This document shows, in pieces, positions 9,799 through 19,962 of a stretch of DNA of 64,000 bases. How positions within the stretch are numbered: position 1 is the first letter of the stretch; each line of letters starts with the position of its first letter. The position numbers and the translations under genes were made by a program. The DNA lies in the NCBI GenBank assembly GCA_963702435.1, contig CAVPCR010000001.1, forward strand, positions 704,001 to 768,000, read 5' to 3'. Below the pieces are notes generated by a model. It worked only from the letters and a program-made list of their open reading frames with translations. It did no database searches and was not told the DNA's origin. The stretch is from Candidatus Eiseniibacteriota bacterium (GTDB taxonomy: Bacteria; Eisenbacteria; RBG-16-71-46; CAVPCR01).

Positions 9799-10284
9799 AT
9801 GCAGTTCACGGTGGGCCAGCATATCGTTCACCCCCGGTACGGGGTGGGCATCGTCCGCCGGATCGAGACCGCGGAGCTCCTGGGCGGGACCTCTCGGTGC
9901 CTGAACATCCACTTCCCACGGCACAACACGCAGATCCTCGTCCCGGTCGAGAAAGCGGAGCAGCTCAACATGCGGGCGCCGATGGCGCCGGACGAGGTGT
10001 CGAAGATCATGGCGGCGCTCAAGCGGCGCGCACGCGCCCTGGGCCGGCTCCGCCCGCGCGAGCGGGTCAAGATCTTTCGCCCGATCATCGCCAACGGCAA
10101 GCCGTCGGATCTCGCGGCCGTCGTGCGGGACCTCGGTCGTCTCGGGCAGTCGAAGCGGCTGACCGACGAGGAGACCGAGATGCTCGAGACCGCCATGCGC
10201 ACGCTGGCCCGCGAGATCGGCCTGGCCCAGGACAAGGATCCGCTCCAGGTGCGGACCGAGATCGAGCATCTCCTCGAGCGCTAG
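9799..10284 (+). CDS. CarD/CdnL-family transcription factor paralog
   Basis: FTVGQHIVHPRYGVGIV..IE, ILVPVEKA...MR, DLAAVVRDL, LTDEE..MLE.A...LAREI. Confidence 0.88.
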   Translation: MQFTVGQHIVHPRYGVGIVRRIETAELLGGTSRCLNIHFPRHNTQILVPVEKAEQLNMRAPMAPDEVSKIMAALKRRARALGRLRPRERVKIFRPIIANGKPSDLAAVVRDLGRLGQSKRLTDEETEMLETAMRTLAREIGLAQDKDPLQVRTEIEHLLER

Positions 10285-10473
10285 AGACACCCGGAGACCG
10301 AGACCGATCGAGTCTCCCCTCGGGATCACGGCACGTGACGGGCGGCGCGCGGGATACTCCGCGCGCCGCAGCCTTTTCCGCCGGTCCGGCCCGACCTTTT
10401 GGGTTGCGCAAGCGCCGCATTCGGCCGATCTTGGGGCACGGTGCGGCAGGGCGGGTCCCGCGCGCCGGAGACC

Positions 10474-11463
10474 ATGACCGACAGGGTGCTGATCACCGGA
10501 GCCACCGGTTTCCTCGGGCAGGAGGTCGCGCGGCGATTCGTCGCCGGCGGCGCCGCGGTGCGGGCGCTCGTTCGCCCGGCGACCGATGCCTCGGCTCTCA
10601 CGAGCCTCGGCATCGCGATCGTGCGCGGCGATCTCTGCGATACCTGGTCCCTCGACGACGCGACCGACGACATCGATCTCGTGCTTCACATGGCCGCCGT
10701 GCACCGCGGCGGCGCCCTTCGCCGCACCGACTTCTGGCAGGTCAACGCGGAGGGCACCAAGCGGCTCCTCGCCGCCGCCGTGAAGAGCCGCGTGCGCCGC
10801 TTCGTCTACGTCTCGACCGCCGGTGTGCTCGGGGACGTCGGCCCCGGCCGGCTCGGCACCGAGGACGACCCCGCGCGCCCCCGCGACCTCTACGAACTCA
10901 CCAAGTGGCGCGGCGAGCAGGCCGTGCGGCGCATCGCGCACACCGACGGCATCGAGGCGGTGATCCTCCGCCCGGCCGCTCTCTACGGGCCGGGCGAGAC
11001 GCGCTTCGCGAAGCTCTTCCGGCCGATCGCGCATCATCGCTTCGTGCTGATCGGATCCGGCCGCAAGCGGCTCCACTTCCTCCATCGCGATGACGCGGCG
11101 GACGGGATCCTGCGCGCGGCCCGGCTGGGGCCGGCGCGCGGCCAGACCTTCCTCCTCGCTGACAGCGCGCCGGTGAGCATTCTCGAACTCGTGCGCCTGG
11201 TTGCGCGCGCGCTCGAGGTCCCCCCGCCCACCGCGCGGGTGCCGTACGCGCCGGTCAAGGCGCTCGCGCTCCTGACCGAGGGGGTCTGCCGCCCGCTCGG
11301 CCTGTCCCCGCCGCTCTACCGGCGGCGGCTCGCCTTCTTCGACACCGAGCGCGCCTACTCGACCGAGAGGGCGCGGGCCGTGCTCGGCTTCGCGCCGCAG
11401 GTGGATCTCGAGCGGGGACTCTCCGAGCTCGCCGCCTGGTACCGGCACGAGAAGCTCCTGTGA
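10474..11463 (+). CDS. NAD-dependent epimerase/dehydratase
   Basis: VLITGATGFLG, FVYVST, YELTK (YxxxK), LRPAALYGPG. Confidence 0.92.
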   Translation: MTDRVLITGATGFLGQEVARRFVAGGAAVRALVRPATDASALTSLGIAIVRGDLCDTWSLDDATDDIDLVLHMAAVHRGGALRRTDFWQVNAEGTKRLLAAAVKSRVRRFVYVSTAGVLGDVGPGRLGTEDDPARPRDLYELTKWRGEQAVRRIAHTDGIEAVILRPAALYGPGETRFAKLFRPIAHHRFVLIGSGRKRLHFLHRDDAADGILRAARLGPARGQTFLLADSAPVSILELVRLVARALEVPPPTARVPYAPVKALALLTEGVCRPLGLSPPLYRRRLAFFDTERAYSTERARAVLGFAPQVDLERGLSELAAWYRHEKLL

Positions 11464-11467
11464 ACGG

Positions 11468-12334
11468 ATGAACGGAGAGAATCGAGTGATGGATCAAGAA
11501 ACGATGCCGGCGGGCGGACAGAGCGCGGGAGCGCCCGGCGACGGCGGCGCGGCGCGCGGCCGGGGCTCGGACGTGAAGGTCCACGCCGCACTCGCCCGCG
11601 GCTCGAAGGTCGCCCAGTACCAGGACCTCGTGATCGGCCGGCGGGGATGGTGGCCGCTCCTCCGCTTCGAGCTCATCACATTCCTCGTCGGCCAGATGCC
11701 GGGAGCGCTCGGCATCGTCCTCCGCGGGAAGCTCTATCGGGCGTTCCTCGGCGGCGTCGGCCGCGGCGTCGTGTTCGGCGCCGGCGTCACCTTCCGCCAT
11801 CCGCACAAGATCCGGATCGGCGACGGCTGCGTGATCGACGACCACTGCCTCCTCGACGCCAAGGGGATGCACAACCGGGGCATCGTGCTCGAGGATCACG
11901 TCTTCCTCGGGCGGAACTCGATCCTCTCCTGCAAGGACGGCGACATCGTGCTCGAGCGGAACGTGAATTTCGGCTTCAACTGCGATGTCTTCTCCGCCAA
12001 CCGGGTCGTGATCGGCGCCGACACCGTGATCGCGGCCTACGTCTACATCCTGAGCGGGGGCACCTATCAGCTCGAGCGCACCGACATCCCGATCGCCGAG
12101 CAGTACGACCTCCGGGCGGCGCAGCCGACCGCGGTGGGCGCGGGTTCCTGGCTCGGCGCGGGGGTCACCATCCTCGAGGGCGTGACGATCGGGCGCGGGG
12201 CGGTGATCGGGGCGGGAGCGGTCGTCAATGACGACGTGCCCGATTTCGGGATCGCGGTCGGCACGCCGGCGCGCACGCTCAGGGTGCGGGGCGCCGCGGC
12301 GGAGAGCCCGGCCGGCCCCGCTAGCGCCAGCTAG
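11468..12334 (+). CDS. Hexapeptide-repeat (LbH) acyltransferase, polysaccharide-related
   Basis: FRHPHKIRIGDGCVIDD, WLGAGVTILEGVTIGRGAVIGAGAVV..DVP..IAVGTPAR; start could be 11489. Confidence 0.9.
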   Translation: MNGENRVMDQETMPAGGQSAGAPGDGGAARGRGSDVKVHAALARGSKVAQYQDLVIGRRGWWPLLRFELITFLVGQMPGALGIVLRGKLYRAFLGGVGRGVVFGAGVTFRHPHKIRIGDGCVIDDHCLLDAKGMHNRGIVLEDHVFLGRNSILSCKDGDIVLERNVNFGFNCDVFSANRVVIGADTVIAAYVYILSGGTYQLERTDIPIAEQYDLRAAQPTAVGAGSWLGAGVTILEGVTIGRGAVIGAGAVVNDDVPDFGIAVGTPARTLRVRGAAAESPAGPASAS

Positions 12335-12340
12335 CCGGCG

Positions 12341-13651
12341 CTAGCGGGGGCGCACGCGGATCGTGCGGGTCACGTGGTGGACCGCCGGATCCGCGAGCCA
12401 CGCATTCTCGGCGGCGAAGTGCGCGTGGATCGCGATGGTCCCGTCCGCGTTCCAGGCGCGCTCCGGTGCTTCGTACTGCGCCTCCACGACGAGCGGCGAG
12501 CTCGCGCTGAGAGGGCCGCTCCCCACCCCCTGCCCGATCACGAAGCGAGCCCCGGCGTCGAGCCGGAGAACGGCCCCCGACACATCCACGCCGGGGCCGA
12601 CGCTCGCCCGCGCCCGCACCGTGAAGCGGTCCCCCGCGCGCACTTCCGCCGGCGCCTGGATCGTGACGGAAACCGGGACCGTCGTGCGCTCGGCGGGATC
12701 CACGCAGCCCCGGTAGGCGCAGAGATCGAGGAGACGCGTGCGCGCCGCCTCGATCGGCGCGAGGCGCAGCCTCGACGTGCGGACCAGGAACGGCTTCCCG
12801 CCGATGACGCCCCCGAGGGTGCAATAGGGTCCGCCGGGCGCGGCTGACTCGAAGGCACCGGTCAGCGCCGGGAGATCGAGCGCGCGGAGATCACGGAAGA
12901 AGGTCGCGACGCACCCGGCGCAGAGCGTGCGCCGGAGGATGGGAGTTGGCCCCGCCCCCTCGGACCAGTCGGGTACGAGCCGCACACGCAGTTCACCGCC
13001 GGCGGTGACGGTCAGCTGCTGCGCCCAAGGTGCACCGCATTCAGCGACGAGAGCGATCCAGTCGTCGCCGGGAGGCACGGGCCTGGCGCCGGGCGCCAGC
13101 GTCTCGAGATCGCAGTCGGAGAGGTCCGGGCTTCCGACAACGGCTGTCCCCGTCGGACCGGGGCGGGCGAGATCCCAGACCGCCTCGCCATCCGCCAGGC
13201 ACAGATTCGGGGTGCCGACCCGCTCCCGCGCCACGACGAGCGCCCGCCACGGCCGTCGCTCGACCCTCGGACCCAGACTGGGCGGCTCGCCGAGGCGCGC
13301 GGCCTCGCCGCAGCTCCGATCCACCGCGACCGCGATCTCCTGGTCCTCGCCGGGCCTGACTTCGAGGCGGACCGGCACCTCGTCGCAGCTCCCGGTCACG
13401 AGCACGCGATAGACCCCGGTCTCGACCTCGGCGAAGCGGAAGCGCCCCGCCCGGTCGGTCACCGCGCGGTGCCCGGGTCCGAGCCGCACGGCGATCCCCG
13501 GAAGCACGGCCCCGCTGGCGCGATCGCGGAGGACGCCGGAGATCGCGGCCGCCGCTCCGGAGGCGGCGGCCGGGTCGCCGCTCCCGCCGAGCCCCTTCCC
13601 CATCGCCAGCACGAGCGCGAGTCCCGCCGCGCGAAACCAGGAAGACCGCAT
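12341..13651 (-). CDS. Secreted protein with carboxypeptidase-regulatory-like domain
   Basis: Signal peptide, ISGVLRDRASGAVLPGIAV..., TDRAGRFRF..V..GVYRV. Confidence 0.6.
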   Translation of the reverse strand: MRSSWFRAAGLALVLAMGKGLGGSGDPAAASGAAAAISGVLRDRASGAVLPGIAVRLGPGHRAVTDRAGRFRFAEVETGVYRVLVTGSCDEVPVRLEVRPGEDQEIAVAVDRSCGEAARLGEPPSLGPRVERRPWRALVVARERVGTPNLCLADGEAVWDLARPGPTGTAVVGSPDLSDCDLETLAPGARPVPPGDDWIALVAECGAPWAQQLTVTAGGELRVRLVPDWSEGAGPTPILRRTLCAGCVATFFRDLRALDLPALTGAFESAAPGGPYCTLGGVIGGKPFLVRTSRLRLAPIEAARTRLLDLCAYRGCVDPAERTTVPVSVTIQAPAEVRAGDRFTVRARASVGPGVDVSGAVLRLDAGARFVIGQGVGSGPLSASSPLVVEAQYEAPERAWNADGTIAIHAHFAAENAWLADPAVHHVTRTIRVRPR

Positions 13652-13734
13652 GCGCCCATGATACGATGCCCCCGCATGGGGAACCGACCTGCAACGACCG
13701 CCGCCCGCCGCGCGCAGCCGGAGATCGAGCGCTC

Positions 13735-15162
13735 ATGAACCAGATCGTGCGCGCCGGCCACGACGCACTCGGCCGCCTGCGCGAGAACCCCGCCTGGGTG
13801 TTCCTCTTCTTCGTCTCCTTCGCCGCCGGGCTCGTCCTCCTCGTCCCGGAGCAGGAGTTCGCCGCGCTCGCCATCCTCGCCATCGCCCCGCTCGTCTTCG
13901 TGCAGATGGCGATCATCCGGAACCTCTTCCTCGGGATCGCCATCTATCTCGTCTTCGTCTACCTGCAGCCTGGATTCCGCGTCCCCGCCATCAGGGCGAT
14001 CCGGCCGACCCTCCTCATCTCGGCGGCGCTGCTCGTGGCCTGGCTCCTGAACGTGATCCGCCACCGCGTACCCCTGATCATCAACTGGCAGGCCAAGGCC
14101 TACTTCATCTTCCTCGTCCTCGGCTTCTTCTCGCTCTTCACCGCCATCTCGAAGGGCATGGTGGTCGAGGTGTGGATCGACATCGCCAAGACCCTCGTCG
14201 TGTTCTGGGTGATGTTCTCGGTGGTGCGCACGCCGGCCGAGCTCTTCCGGACGACCTGGCTCTACGCGATCCTGCATGTGCTGCTCGCGGGCGCCGGATT
14301 CGCGCTCTTCGCCACCGGCGGCGCCCGCCGCTTCGGGGATCTCGGCGGCAGCTTTCTCGGCGACGAGAACGACGCCGCGATGGCGCTCGTCATCATGATC
14401 CCCTACATGTACTTCCTCCTGCCGATCACGCGCCGCAAACTCGCCCGCCTCGTGCTCTTCGCGGGCATGACCTTCGCCGGACTCACCGTGCTCTTCTCCT
14501 TCTCGCGGGGCGCGTTCGTCGGTTTCCTCGCCATGGTGTTCTTCATGTGGATGAAGACCGAGAAGAAGATCCGGGCGGGAGCGGTCATGCTCGTCATGAT
14601 CGTCGTCTTCTTCGCGGTGATGCCGCCCGAGTACTGGGAGCGCATCCGATCGGTCAGGGAGTACTCGACCGAAGGGTCCGCCCAGGGGCGCCTCGACGCC
14701 TGGAAGGGCGGCTTCCAGATGATGATCGACAGTCCGCTCTTCGGCTGCGGCCTCGGCAATTTCCAGCGCACCTACGGCACGCAGTACAACACCATCAGCA
14801 CGCGCTGGACCGCCGCGCACAGCATGTACGTGGAGTTCATCGGCCAGCTCGGTGCGCCCGGTCTCATCTTCCTCGTGTGCGTGATCGCCCTCACGATCCG
14901 CACCTTCCGCCGCGCGCGCGACCTGACCCGGTACGTGCACAGCGAAGACGCCGCCAGGGTCAGGCAGATCATGCTCGGCGCGGAGTGCGGGTTCTATACC
15001 TATCTCGTCGCCACCTTCTTCCTGAGCAGCATGGAGTACCCGCACCTCTGGCACTTCATGGCCATGTCGGGGATTGGTCTCACGGCGAGCCGCTTCGTGG
15101 CCGCCGCCGATAAGGAGACGCCACGGTTGCACGGGAAGCCGGGCGCCTCGGGACGGCCGTGA
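13735..15162 (+). CDS. O-antigen ligase/Wzy-like (O-glycosylation ligase) membrane protein
   Basis: Many TM segments, GDENDAA, SFSRGAFVG, SAQGRLDAW, PLFGCGLGNF, AAHSMYVE; alternative start 13666. Confidence 0.88.
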   Translation: MNQIVRAGHDALGRLRENPAWVFLFFVSFAAGLVLLVPEQEFAALAILAIAPLVFVQMAIIRNLFLGIAIYLVFVYLQPGFRVPAIRAIRPTLLISAALLVAWLLNVIRHRVPLIINWQAKAYFIFLVLGFFSLFTAISKGMVVEVWIDIAKTLVVFWVMFSVVRTPAELFRTTWLYAILHVLLAGAGFALFATGGARRFGDLGGSFLGDENDAAMALVIMIPYMYFLLPITRRKLARLVLFAGMTFAGLTVLFSFSRGAFVGFLAMVFFMWMKTEKKIRAGAVMLVMIVVFFAVMPPEYWERIRSVREYSTEGSAQGRLDAWKGGFQMMIDSPLFGCGLGNFQRTYGTQYNTISTRWTAAHSMYVEFIGQLGAPGLIFLVCVIALTIRTFRRARDLTRYVHSEDAARVRQIMLGAECGFYTYLVATFFLSSMEYPHLWHFMAMSGIGLTASRFVAAADKETPRLHGKPGASGRP

Positions 15163-15899
15163 GCGGCGGCATCCCCGCAGACCGCGGGCCCGCCCGCCCG
15201 GCACCCGTTCCCGCGCCGGCCGCCCCCGTGCCGCTCCGGCACGCCGCCTGGATCGAGGGTCCGGCCGGCCCGCTCGAGGCGCTGTGCGATCGGCCGGCGG
15301 TCGATTGCATGACGCACGCGGCGCTCCTCTGCCATCCGCACCCGCAGCACGGCGGGACCATGCACTCGAAGGTGGTCTATCGCGCGGCCCGCGCCGCGCG
15401 CGGGGTGGGACTGCCGGCGCTTCGCTTCAACTTCCGCGGCGCGGGGCGGAGCGCCGGGACCTTCGACGAGGGACGCGGCGAGGCCGGCGATGTGCGGGCC
15501 GCCCTCGACCGGCTCGCCGCCGCCTATCCCGGGCGGCAGCTCGTAGCGGGCGGCTTCTCCTTCGGCGCGTGGCTGGCCGTCCTTGTCGGCGCGGGCGATC
15601 CGCGGGTCGCGGCCCTCGTCTCGATCGGCACGCCGGTCGCGGTGTACGGGGCGGCCCATCTCGCCGGCGTCGCGAAGCCGATCCTCTTCGTGCACGGCAG
15701 CGCAGATCCCTTCGGCGCGATCGCCGAGATCGAGACGATCGCGGCGGGGCTCCCTGCCGCTCGCGTCGCCCGCGTGCCCGGAGCGGGACACCTGTTCAGC
15801 GGACAGGAGGGAACGGTGGCGGCCGCGGTCGAGGACTTTCTGCGAGAGATCGTCGTGCCCGCCGGGATCGGGCCGCAAGGAGGTTCCCATGAAGGATAA
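15159..15899 (+). CDS. Alpha/beta hydrolase
   Basis: [38 protein letters not shown]. Confidence 0.92.
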   Translation: MSGGIPADRGPARPAPVPAPAAPVPLRHAAWIEGPAGPLEALCDRPAVDCMTHAALLCHPHPQHGGTMHSKVVYRAARAARGVGLPALRFNFRGAGRSAGTFDEGRGEAGDVRAALDRLAAAYPGRQLVAGGFSFGAWLAVLVGAGDPRVAALVSIGTPVAVYGAAHLAGVAKPILFVHGSADPFGAIAEIETIAAGLPAARVARVPGAGHLFSGQEGTVAAAVEDFLREIVVPAGIGPQGGSHEG

Positions 15900-16446
15900 G
15901 AGCACGCCCGCCCATCCCTGGGGCGAGCCGGCCCTGCGCGTGACCCTCATGCCGCGCGACACGAACGCGTGGGGCACCATCTTCGGCGGTGTCATCCTGA
16001 GCTACATCGACCTCGCGGGCGGGGTCGAGGTCCACAAGCAGTGGAATCACAACTTCGTCACGGTCGCCATGCGCGAGGTCGTGTTCCACGAGCCGGTCTA
16101 CGTGGGCGACCTGGTGAGCTTCTATACGCGCACGGTGGCCGTCGGCCGCACTTCGGTCACGGTCGACATCGTCGTCGAGGCCAGGCGCGCGCTCGAGGGC
16201 TGGCGCGCGGTGAAGGTGACCGAGGCGGAAGCGGTCTACGTGGCCGTGGACGAGAAGCGGCGACCGACGCCCCTCCGGCCCGAAGGCGGGCCGGGGGCGA
16301 GAGGGCCGGGGGCGAGAGGGCCGTCGGACGAGGGCGCAGCGGAAGTCACGGCGACAAGGCCGAAACGCGCGGCGCGGCGCGGACGAGGGTCGGCCGGCTC
16401 GACCCCCCGGGGCGCCGGCCGGCGCCCGGGGGGCGGCCGGGGCTAG
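15889..16446 (+). CDS. Acyl-CoA thioesterase (hotdog fold, YciA-like)
   Basis: [51 protein letters not shown]. Confidence 0.92.
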   Translation: MKDKSTPAHPWGEPALRVTLMPRDTNAWGTIFGGVILSYIDLAGGVEVHKQWNHNFVTVAMREVVFHEPVYVGDLVSFYTRTVAVGRTSVTVDIVVEARRALEGWRAVKVTEAEAVYVAVDEKRRPTPLRPEGGPGARGPGARGPSDEGAAEVTATRPKRAARRGRGSAGSTPRGAGRRPGGGRG

Positions 16447-16470
16447 GCGTCTGTTGAAGACCCCTCCTCG

Positions 16471-16670
16471 CCGGCGATCCCGTGGGATCGCCGGTCACGC
16501 CGCCGGAAACCGGCGGCCCGGTCCGGTGTATTCATGCCTATTCGAAGGGCCCATTCGGCGGAACCAGCCCTCGGGGCCGATCGACCGTCCACTGCCCCCC
16601 AACCTGGCCGGCGGATCCACTCCGGCGGGGTCGGGAAGCCGCCACCGGCATCGGCTCAATGCCGGCGGCG
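16471..16670. repeat. Cluster of GC-rich palindromic hairpins in a 400-bp intergenic region
   Basis: CCGGCGATCC-4-GGATCGCCGG (16471-16494), GCCGCCGG-3-CCGGCGGC (16499-16517), CGCCACCGGCAT-7-ATGCCGGCGGCG (16640-16670). Confidence 0.6.
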
Positions 16671-16891
16671 AGGACCGACCGATCGCCGAGAGCGCGTCCG
16701 GCGGGGTTGCTTCGGCCCGTGGGGTGTGATGCGACGTCCATGCCGCGCGAGAAGTCCTCGCACGGTACGGAATCTGACGCTATCCAGGGATGGGCGGATC
16801 CGCTCCGCGGCAGTATGGGGGCGCCGGCAGCGATGAGCTGCCGGCGCTTTTCATGAGCCCGCAGGTCCCCTCGTCCCTGCTCGGAGATCCC

Positions 16892-17605
16892 ATGCGGAAC
16901 GACCCGCGCGCCGATCGCGTGCTCGAGCGCACGCGATCGGCGTTCGACCAGGCGGTGACCGCCGCCCGCGCGGATCGGGAACCGCGCACCCGGGCCGTCC
17001 TCGAGGCCACCAAGTGGTTCGAGCCCACGGATCGCGACGCGCGCCACGACACGGTGCTCGATGTGCTCGCGCAGTGGAACGCCCGCTCGGTGCTCGAGGT
17101 GGGCGCCGGGGCCGGCGACTTCTACGCGCGGCTCAAGCGCCGCCTCCCCGCCGCCCGGGCCTACACCGGGGTGGATCTCTCTCCGCGCATGGTCGAGGTG
17201 GCGCGCCGGCGCTTCGCCGGCAGCGACTTCCGCTGCGCCGATGTCCTCACCTGGCCGGCCGCCCCGGTCGCCGACGCCGTGGTCGCGATCGGCGTCTTCG
17301 CGCTCCTCGTCGACGACGCCCCGGCCCACTGGCGGCTCATGCGGCGCCTCGTCCGGAAGATGCTCGCTCTCTCGAGGATCGGCGTCGTCTTCGACTTCTA
17401 CGACTTCTTCACCGACGACGAGGCCCGCGCGCCGGCCCGCTACTTCGCGGCAGAGAAGGGCCGCACCGACGACACTCCGATCTTCTGCGTCCACCCGCGC
17501 CGCGTGCGGGAGTTCGCGGCGACGCTGGGCCCGGTCGCGCTCATGCGCATCCACGAGGTGGAGGGCCGGGTGTGGCGCTGCGTGCTGCGGCGGCCGCCCG
17601 GCTGA
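16892..17605 (+). CDS. Class I SAM-dependent methyltransferase
   Basis: SVLEVGAGAG, YTGVDLSPRMVEVARRRF, F..ADV. Confidence 0.85.
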   Translation: MRNDPRADRVLERTRSAFDQAVTAARADREPRTRAVLEATKWFEPTDRDARHDTVLDVLAQWNARSVLEVGAGAGDFYARLKRRLPAARAYTGVDLSPRMVEVARRRFAGSDFRCADVLTWPAAPVADAVVAIGVFALLVDDAPAHWRLMRRLVRKMLALSRIGVVFDFYDFFTDDEARAPARYFAAEKGRTDDTPIFCVHPRRVREFAATLGPVALMRIHEVEGRVWRCVLRRPPG

Positions 17606-17671
17606 TCGGGGGCGGGCGACCGCGGCGGCAGGCGTGACGGCGTCAGGTGCGGCGGCGGCAGGCGCGCGCCG

Positions 17672-18439
17672 CTAGGCGCCCATGATCGAGTAGCCGGCGT
17701 CCACGTGCACGATCTCGCCGGTCACGCCGCGCCCGAGATCGCTCATCAGGAAGAGCGCGGCGGCGCCCACCTCGTCGATGTCGACGTTTCGCCGGAGCGG
17801 CGACTGCGCGCCGTGGTACTTGAGGAAGCTCGAGAAATCGGCCACCCCGGTCGCCGAGAGGGTCTTCACCGGCCCCGCCGAGATGGCGTTCACGCGCACG
17901 CCCTGGGGGCCGAGATCGTTGGCGAGATAGCGGACGCTCGCCTCGAGCGCGGCCTTGGCCACCCCCATCACGTTGTAGTTGGGAACGACGCGCTCCGCGC
18001 CCATGTAGGTGAGGGTGAGCACGGCGCCGCCCGGGCGGAGGATCGGTTGCGCCAGCCGGCAGAGCGCGGTGAGCGAGTAGACGCTGATCTCGATCGCCTG
18101 CAAGAAAGCGTCGCGCTTGACGGCGAGGTAAGGCCCCTGGAGCGCGGTCTTGTCGGCGTAAGCGACCGCGTGCACGAGGAGGTCGAGCCCGCCGAAGACC
18201 TTGCCCGCCTGCTCGATCGTGCGCGCCACCGCAGCCTCGTCCGTCACATCGCAGGACTCGATGAGTGGCGAAGCGAGCCGCTCGGCGAGCGGCCGCACGC
18301 GCTTCTCGAAGGGCTCGCCCTGGTAGGTGAAGCCGAGCGTGGCGCCGGCCCCGGCGAGCGCCTGCGCGATGCCCCAGGCGAGGCTGCGCTCGTTGGCGAC
18401 GCCGACCACGAGTCCGCTCTTGCCGGCGAGAAGATCCAT
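17672..18439 (-). CDS. fabI: Enoyl-ACP reductase
   Basis: GVANERSLAWGIA, YNVMGVAKAALE, RVNAISAGPVKTL, TGEIVHVDAG. Confidence 0.96.
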   Translation of the reverse strand: MDLLAGKSGLVVGVANERSLAWGIAQALAGAGATLGFTYQGEPFEKRVRPLAERLASPLIESCDVTDEAAVARTIEQAGKVFGGLDLLVHAVAYADKTALQGPYLAVKRDAFLQAIEISVYSLTALCRLAQPILRPGGAVLTLTYMGAERVVPNYNVMGVAKAALEASVRYLANDLGPQGVRVNAISAGPVKTLSATGVADFSSFLKYHGAQSPLRRNVDIDEVGAAALFLMSDLGRGVTGEIVHVDAGYSIMGA

Positions 18440-18523
18440 GAGCCGATCCGTATAGCACGCCGGGGCGGGGCGGAGCAAGCCGCGAGCCGCCGCAAGAGAC
18501 CGCGCCCGGCGCGAAAACCTGCC

Positions 18524-19828
18524 CTACACGACCTCGGGCTCGGCCGGCCGCTCCTCTTCGCGCTGGCGTGCCGCGATGTGCTCCTCGATCCGCCCCGCGA
18601 GCGAGCGCTGCGCCAGCACCCAGACGAGACCGGGCGCGAGGAAGGCGACCCCCAGGAAGCGCGCGAGCGCGCGCGGATCGGCGCCCGCGTCGATGGCCCT
18701 CCCGGTCAGGAAGCTCGAGACTGACATCGAGAGCGTGACCAGGGCCCACTCGGCGGCGAACACGCGCCCGCGAAAGCGATCGGGCACCGCGAGCTGGAGG
18801 AGCGTCGTCGAGAACACCCAGAGGATCGAGCCGCCGGTGTGCGCTCCGAGGAGCGCGACGACGGCGATCCCGAGGCCGCCCGCGTAGCTGAACGCGATGT
18901 AGAAGAGGCCGGCGAAGGCGAAGCCGAGCGCGATCGCCTGCCGCATCGCGCGCGGTGTCTCGCCACCCAGGCGCCGCGCGAGGAAGGGACCGATCGCCGA
19001 GCCGAGGCCGCGCGCAGCATAGAGGATACCGACCCCGGCCGCGCCGCCCGGCGTGAAGACCCGCTCCCCGAAGACGACGAGGAGGAGGAGCACGCCGCCG
19101 CCGAGCCCCCACCCGAGCTTGACCATGAGGAGCCAGCCGACGGCGGGGTGCGCCAGGATGTAGCGGGCGCCATCCACCAGATCGCTCCACCCGGTCAGGG
19201 AGGCGATCGTGACCGGCCCCGCCGGCGGCCGCGCGCGGGCCGGGATCGCCACCCGCCGCACCATCGCCGCCGAGAAGAGGAAGGTCACGGCGTCGATCGC
19301 GAAGGCCGCGTTCCGGCCGGCGAGTTCGGTGACGAGGCCGCCGGCGGCGGCGCCGAGTGCGAGCATCACCGCCCAGCTCGCTCCGCCGAGCGCGTTCGCG
19401 GCGAGGAGCTCGGCACGGGTCGTGATGGTGGGTACGGCGGCGTCGCGCGCCGGCTGGAAGAAGGCGGAGAAGGAGAGCTGGGCGGCGGTGAGCGCGTACA
19501 CGATCCACAGGTGCTCGGGGCGGCGCACGAAGATGAAACCGAGGACGACGAAGGCGCGGAGGAGATCGGCCGCGATCATGATCTTCCGGCGCGACAGGCG
19601 ATCGGCGAGGACGCCGGCGGCGGCGCTGAAGACGAAGGTCGGGATGAAGCGGGAGATGAGAACCCAGGCCAGGGCCCGGCCGGAGCCGCCGGTCAGCTCG
19701 TTCGTGAGATCGTAGACGGCGAGCGTGTTGAACCAGTCGCCGAGGAAGCTCACGAGCTGGGCGAACCACAGGTAGCGAAAGTTCCGGTTCCGGCGGAGGA
19801 GCTCGCGGATCGTGATCTGGCGGGTCAC
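18524..19828 (-). CDS. MFS transporter (MefA/H+ antiporter-like)
   Basis: NRNFRYLWFAQLVSFLGDWF, GVLADRLSRRKIM, VPDRFRGRVF; alternative start 19876. Confidence 0.9.
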   Translation of the reverse strand: MTRQITIRELLRRNRNFRYLWFAQLVSFLGDWFNTLAVYDLTNELTGGSGRALAWVLISRFIPTFVFSAAAGVLADRLSRRKIMIAADLLRAFVVLGFIFVRRPEHLWIVYALTAAQLSFSAFFQPARDAAVPTITTRAELLAANALGGASWAVMLALGAAAGGLVTELAGRNAAFAIDAVTFLFSAAMVRRVAIPARARPPAGPVTIASLTGWSDLVDGARYILAHPAVGWLLMVKLGWGLGGGVLLLLVVFGERVFTPGGAAGVGILYAARGLGSAIGPFLARRLGGETPRAMRQAIALGFAFAGLFYIAFSYAGGLGIAVVALLGAHTGGSILWVFSTTLLQLAVPDRFRGRVFAAEWALVTLSMSVSSFLTGRAIDAGADPRALARFLGVAFLAPGLVWVLAQRSLAGRIEEHIAARQREEERPAEPEVV

Positions 19829-19962
19829 CGATCGCTCGTCAGGTCTCGGGGTGGTCGGCCGCCGGTTCGGCGGCATCGGGCGCGGAGCCTAGCATGCAGC
19901 TCGCGGCCCCGCGAGCGGCAGGGTAGGATAGGCGCGCGCAGGAGAGGCATGAGGAGCAGCCG

